A DNA stretch of 64,000 nucleotides from Gemmatimonadota bacterium (lineage in GTDB: Bacteria > Gemmatimonadota > Gemmatimonadetes > Gemmatimonadales > GWC2-71-9). Under the pieces are notes generated by a model. The model was not told the DNA's origin. It worked only from the letters and a program-made list of their open reading frames with translations, and searched no databases. Positions 63,887 through 64,000 of this stretch are shown piece by piece (position 1 is the first letter of the stretch; each line of letters opens with the position of its first letter). The position numbers and the translations under genes were made by a program. The DNA lies in the NCBI GenBank assembly GCA_003221895.1, contig QHUJ01000113.1:7372-71371 (forward strand), written 5' to 3'.

Positions 63887-64000
63887 ATGGTGGAACGCCG
63901 ACTTACCGGAATGATCGCCGCCGCGACGGTGCTGATCGTTCTGTTCATTCTTTGGGATGCCTTCCGGCCCAAAGCCCGCCCGCTCGATTCCGAGCCGCCG
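63887..64000 (+). CDS. Start of a membrane-anchored hypothetical protein (runs off window)
   Basis: The ATG at 63887 gives MVERRLTGMIAAATVLIVLFILWDAFRPKARPLDSEPP, open to the window end. Divergent from the MMPL gene. Only 38 codons are visible. Confidence 0.3.
   Translation, partial: MVERRLTGMIAAATVLIVLFILWDAFRPKARPLDSEPP

Overview
High-GC (roughly two-thirds G+C) bacterial chromosomal window centred on the replication-origin gene cluster: mnmE-yidC-yidD-rnpA-rpmH on the minus strand, diverging from dnaA-dnaN on the plus strand. The gene content (GWxTD-domain proteins, secreted HEAT-repeat proteins, many ECF sigma factors and Ser/Thr kinases) looks Gemmatimonadota/Acidobacteriota-like, but that is inference only.

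About 60 protein genes are supportable.
- Housekeeping: upp, holA, mutS, ddl, pabB, dnaA, dnaN, mtgA, pyrE, polA, a cold-shock protein, cystathionine beta-synthase, Slt-type lytic transglycosylase, DmpA-type peptidase and an MMPL transporter.
- Glycosyltransferases: a three-gene cluster at the left edge.
- Signalling: three ECF sigma/anti-sigma loci, four Ser/Thr kinases, one MCP and one AraC-type regulator.
- RNA: one clear ncRNA, bacterial RNase P RNA (rnpB) on the minus strand at about 38.3-38.7 kb.

I found no rRNA, tRNA, CRISPR array, transposase or integrase.

Most interesting observations:
1. Two tandem, diverged, Cys-rich lipoprotein paralogs of no recognisable family, bracketed by Ser/Thr kinases (42.5-50.7 kb).
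2. A translationally coupled operon of ECF sigma, anti-sigma and two secreted HEAT-repeat proteins (7.3-11.0 kb).
3. A candidate oriC in the dnaA-dnaN spacer with an unusual (CTA)n/(TAG)n palindromic AT-rich element, which recurs as a hairpin at a second locus.
4. Conserved N-termini of rnpA and mnmE encoded upstream of any canonical start codon. rnpA is in frame with rpmH across a single TAA, and mnmE probably starts at CTG.
5. A small ORF abutting the 3' end of rnpB.

Many long ORFs in the supplied track are antisense artefacts of the high GC content and were rejected.
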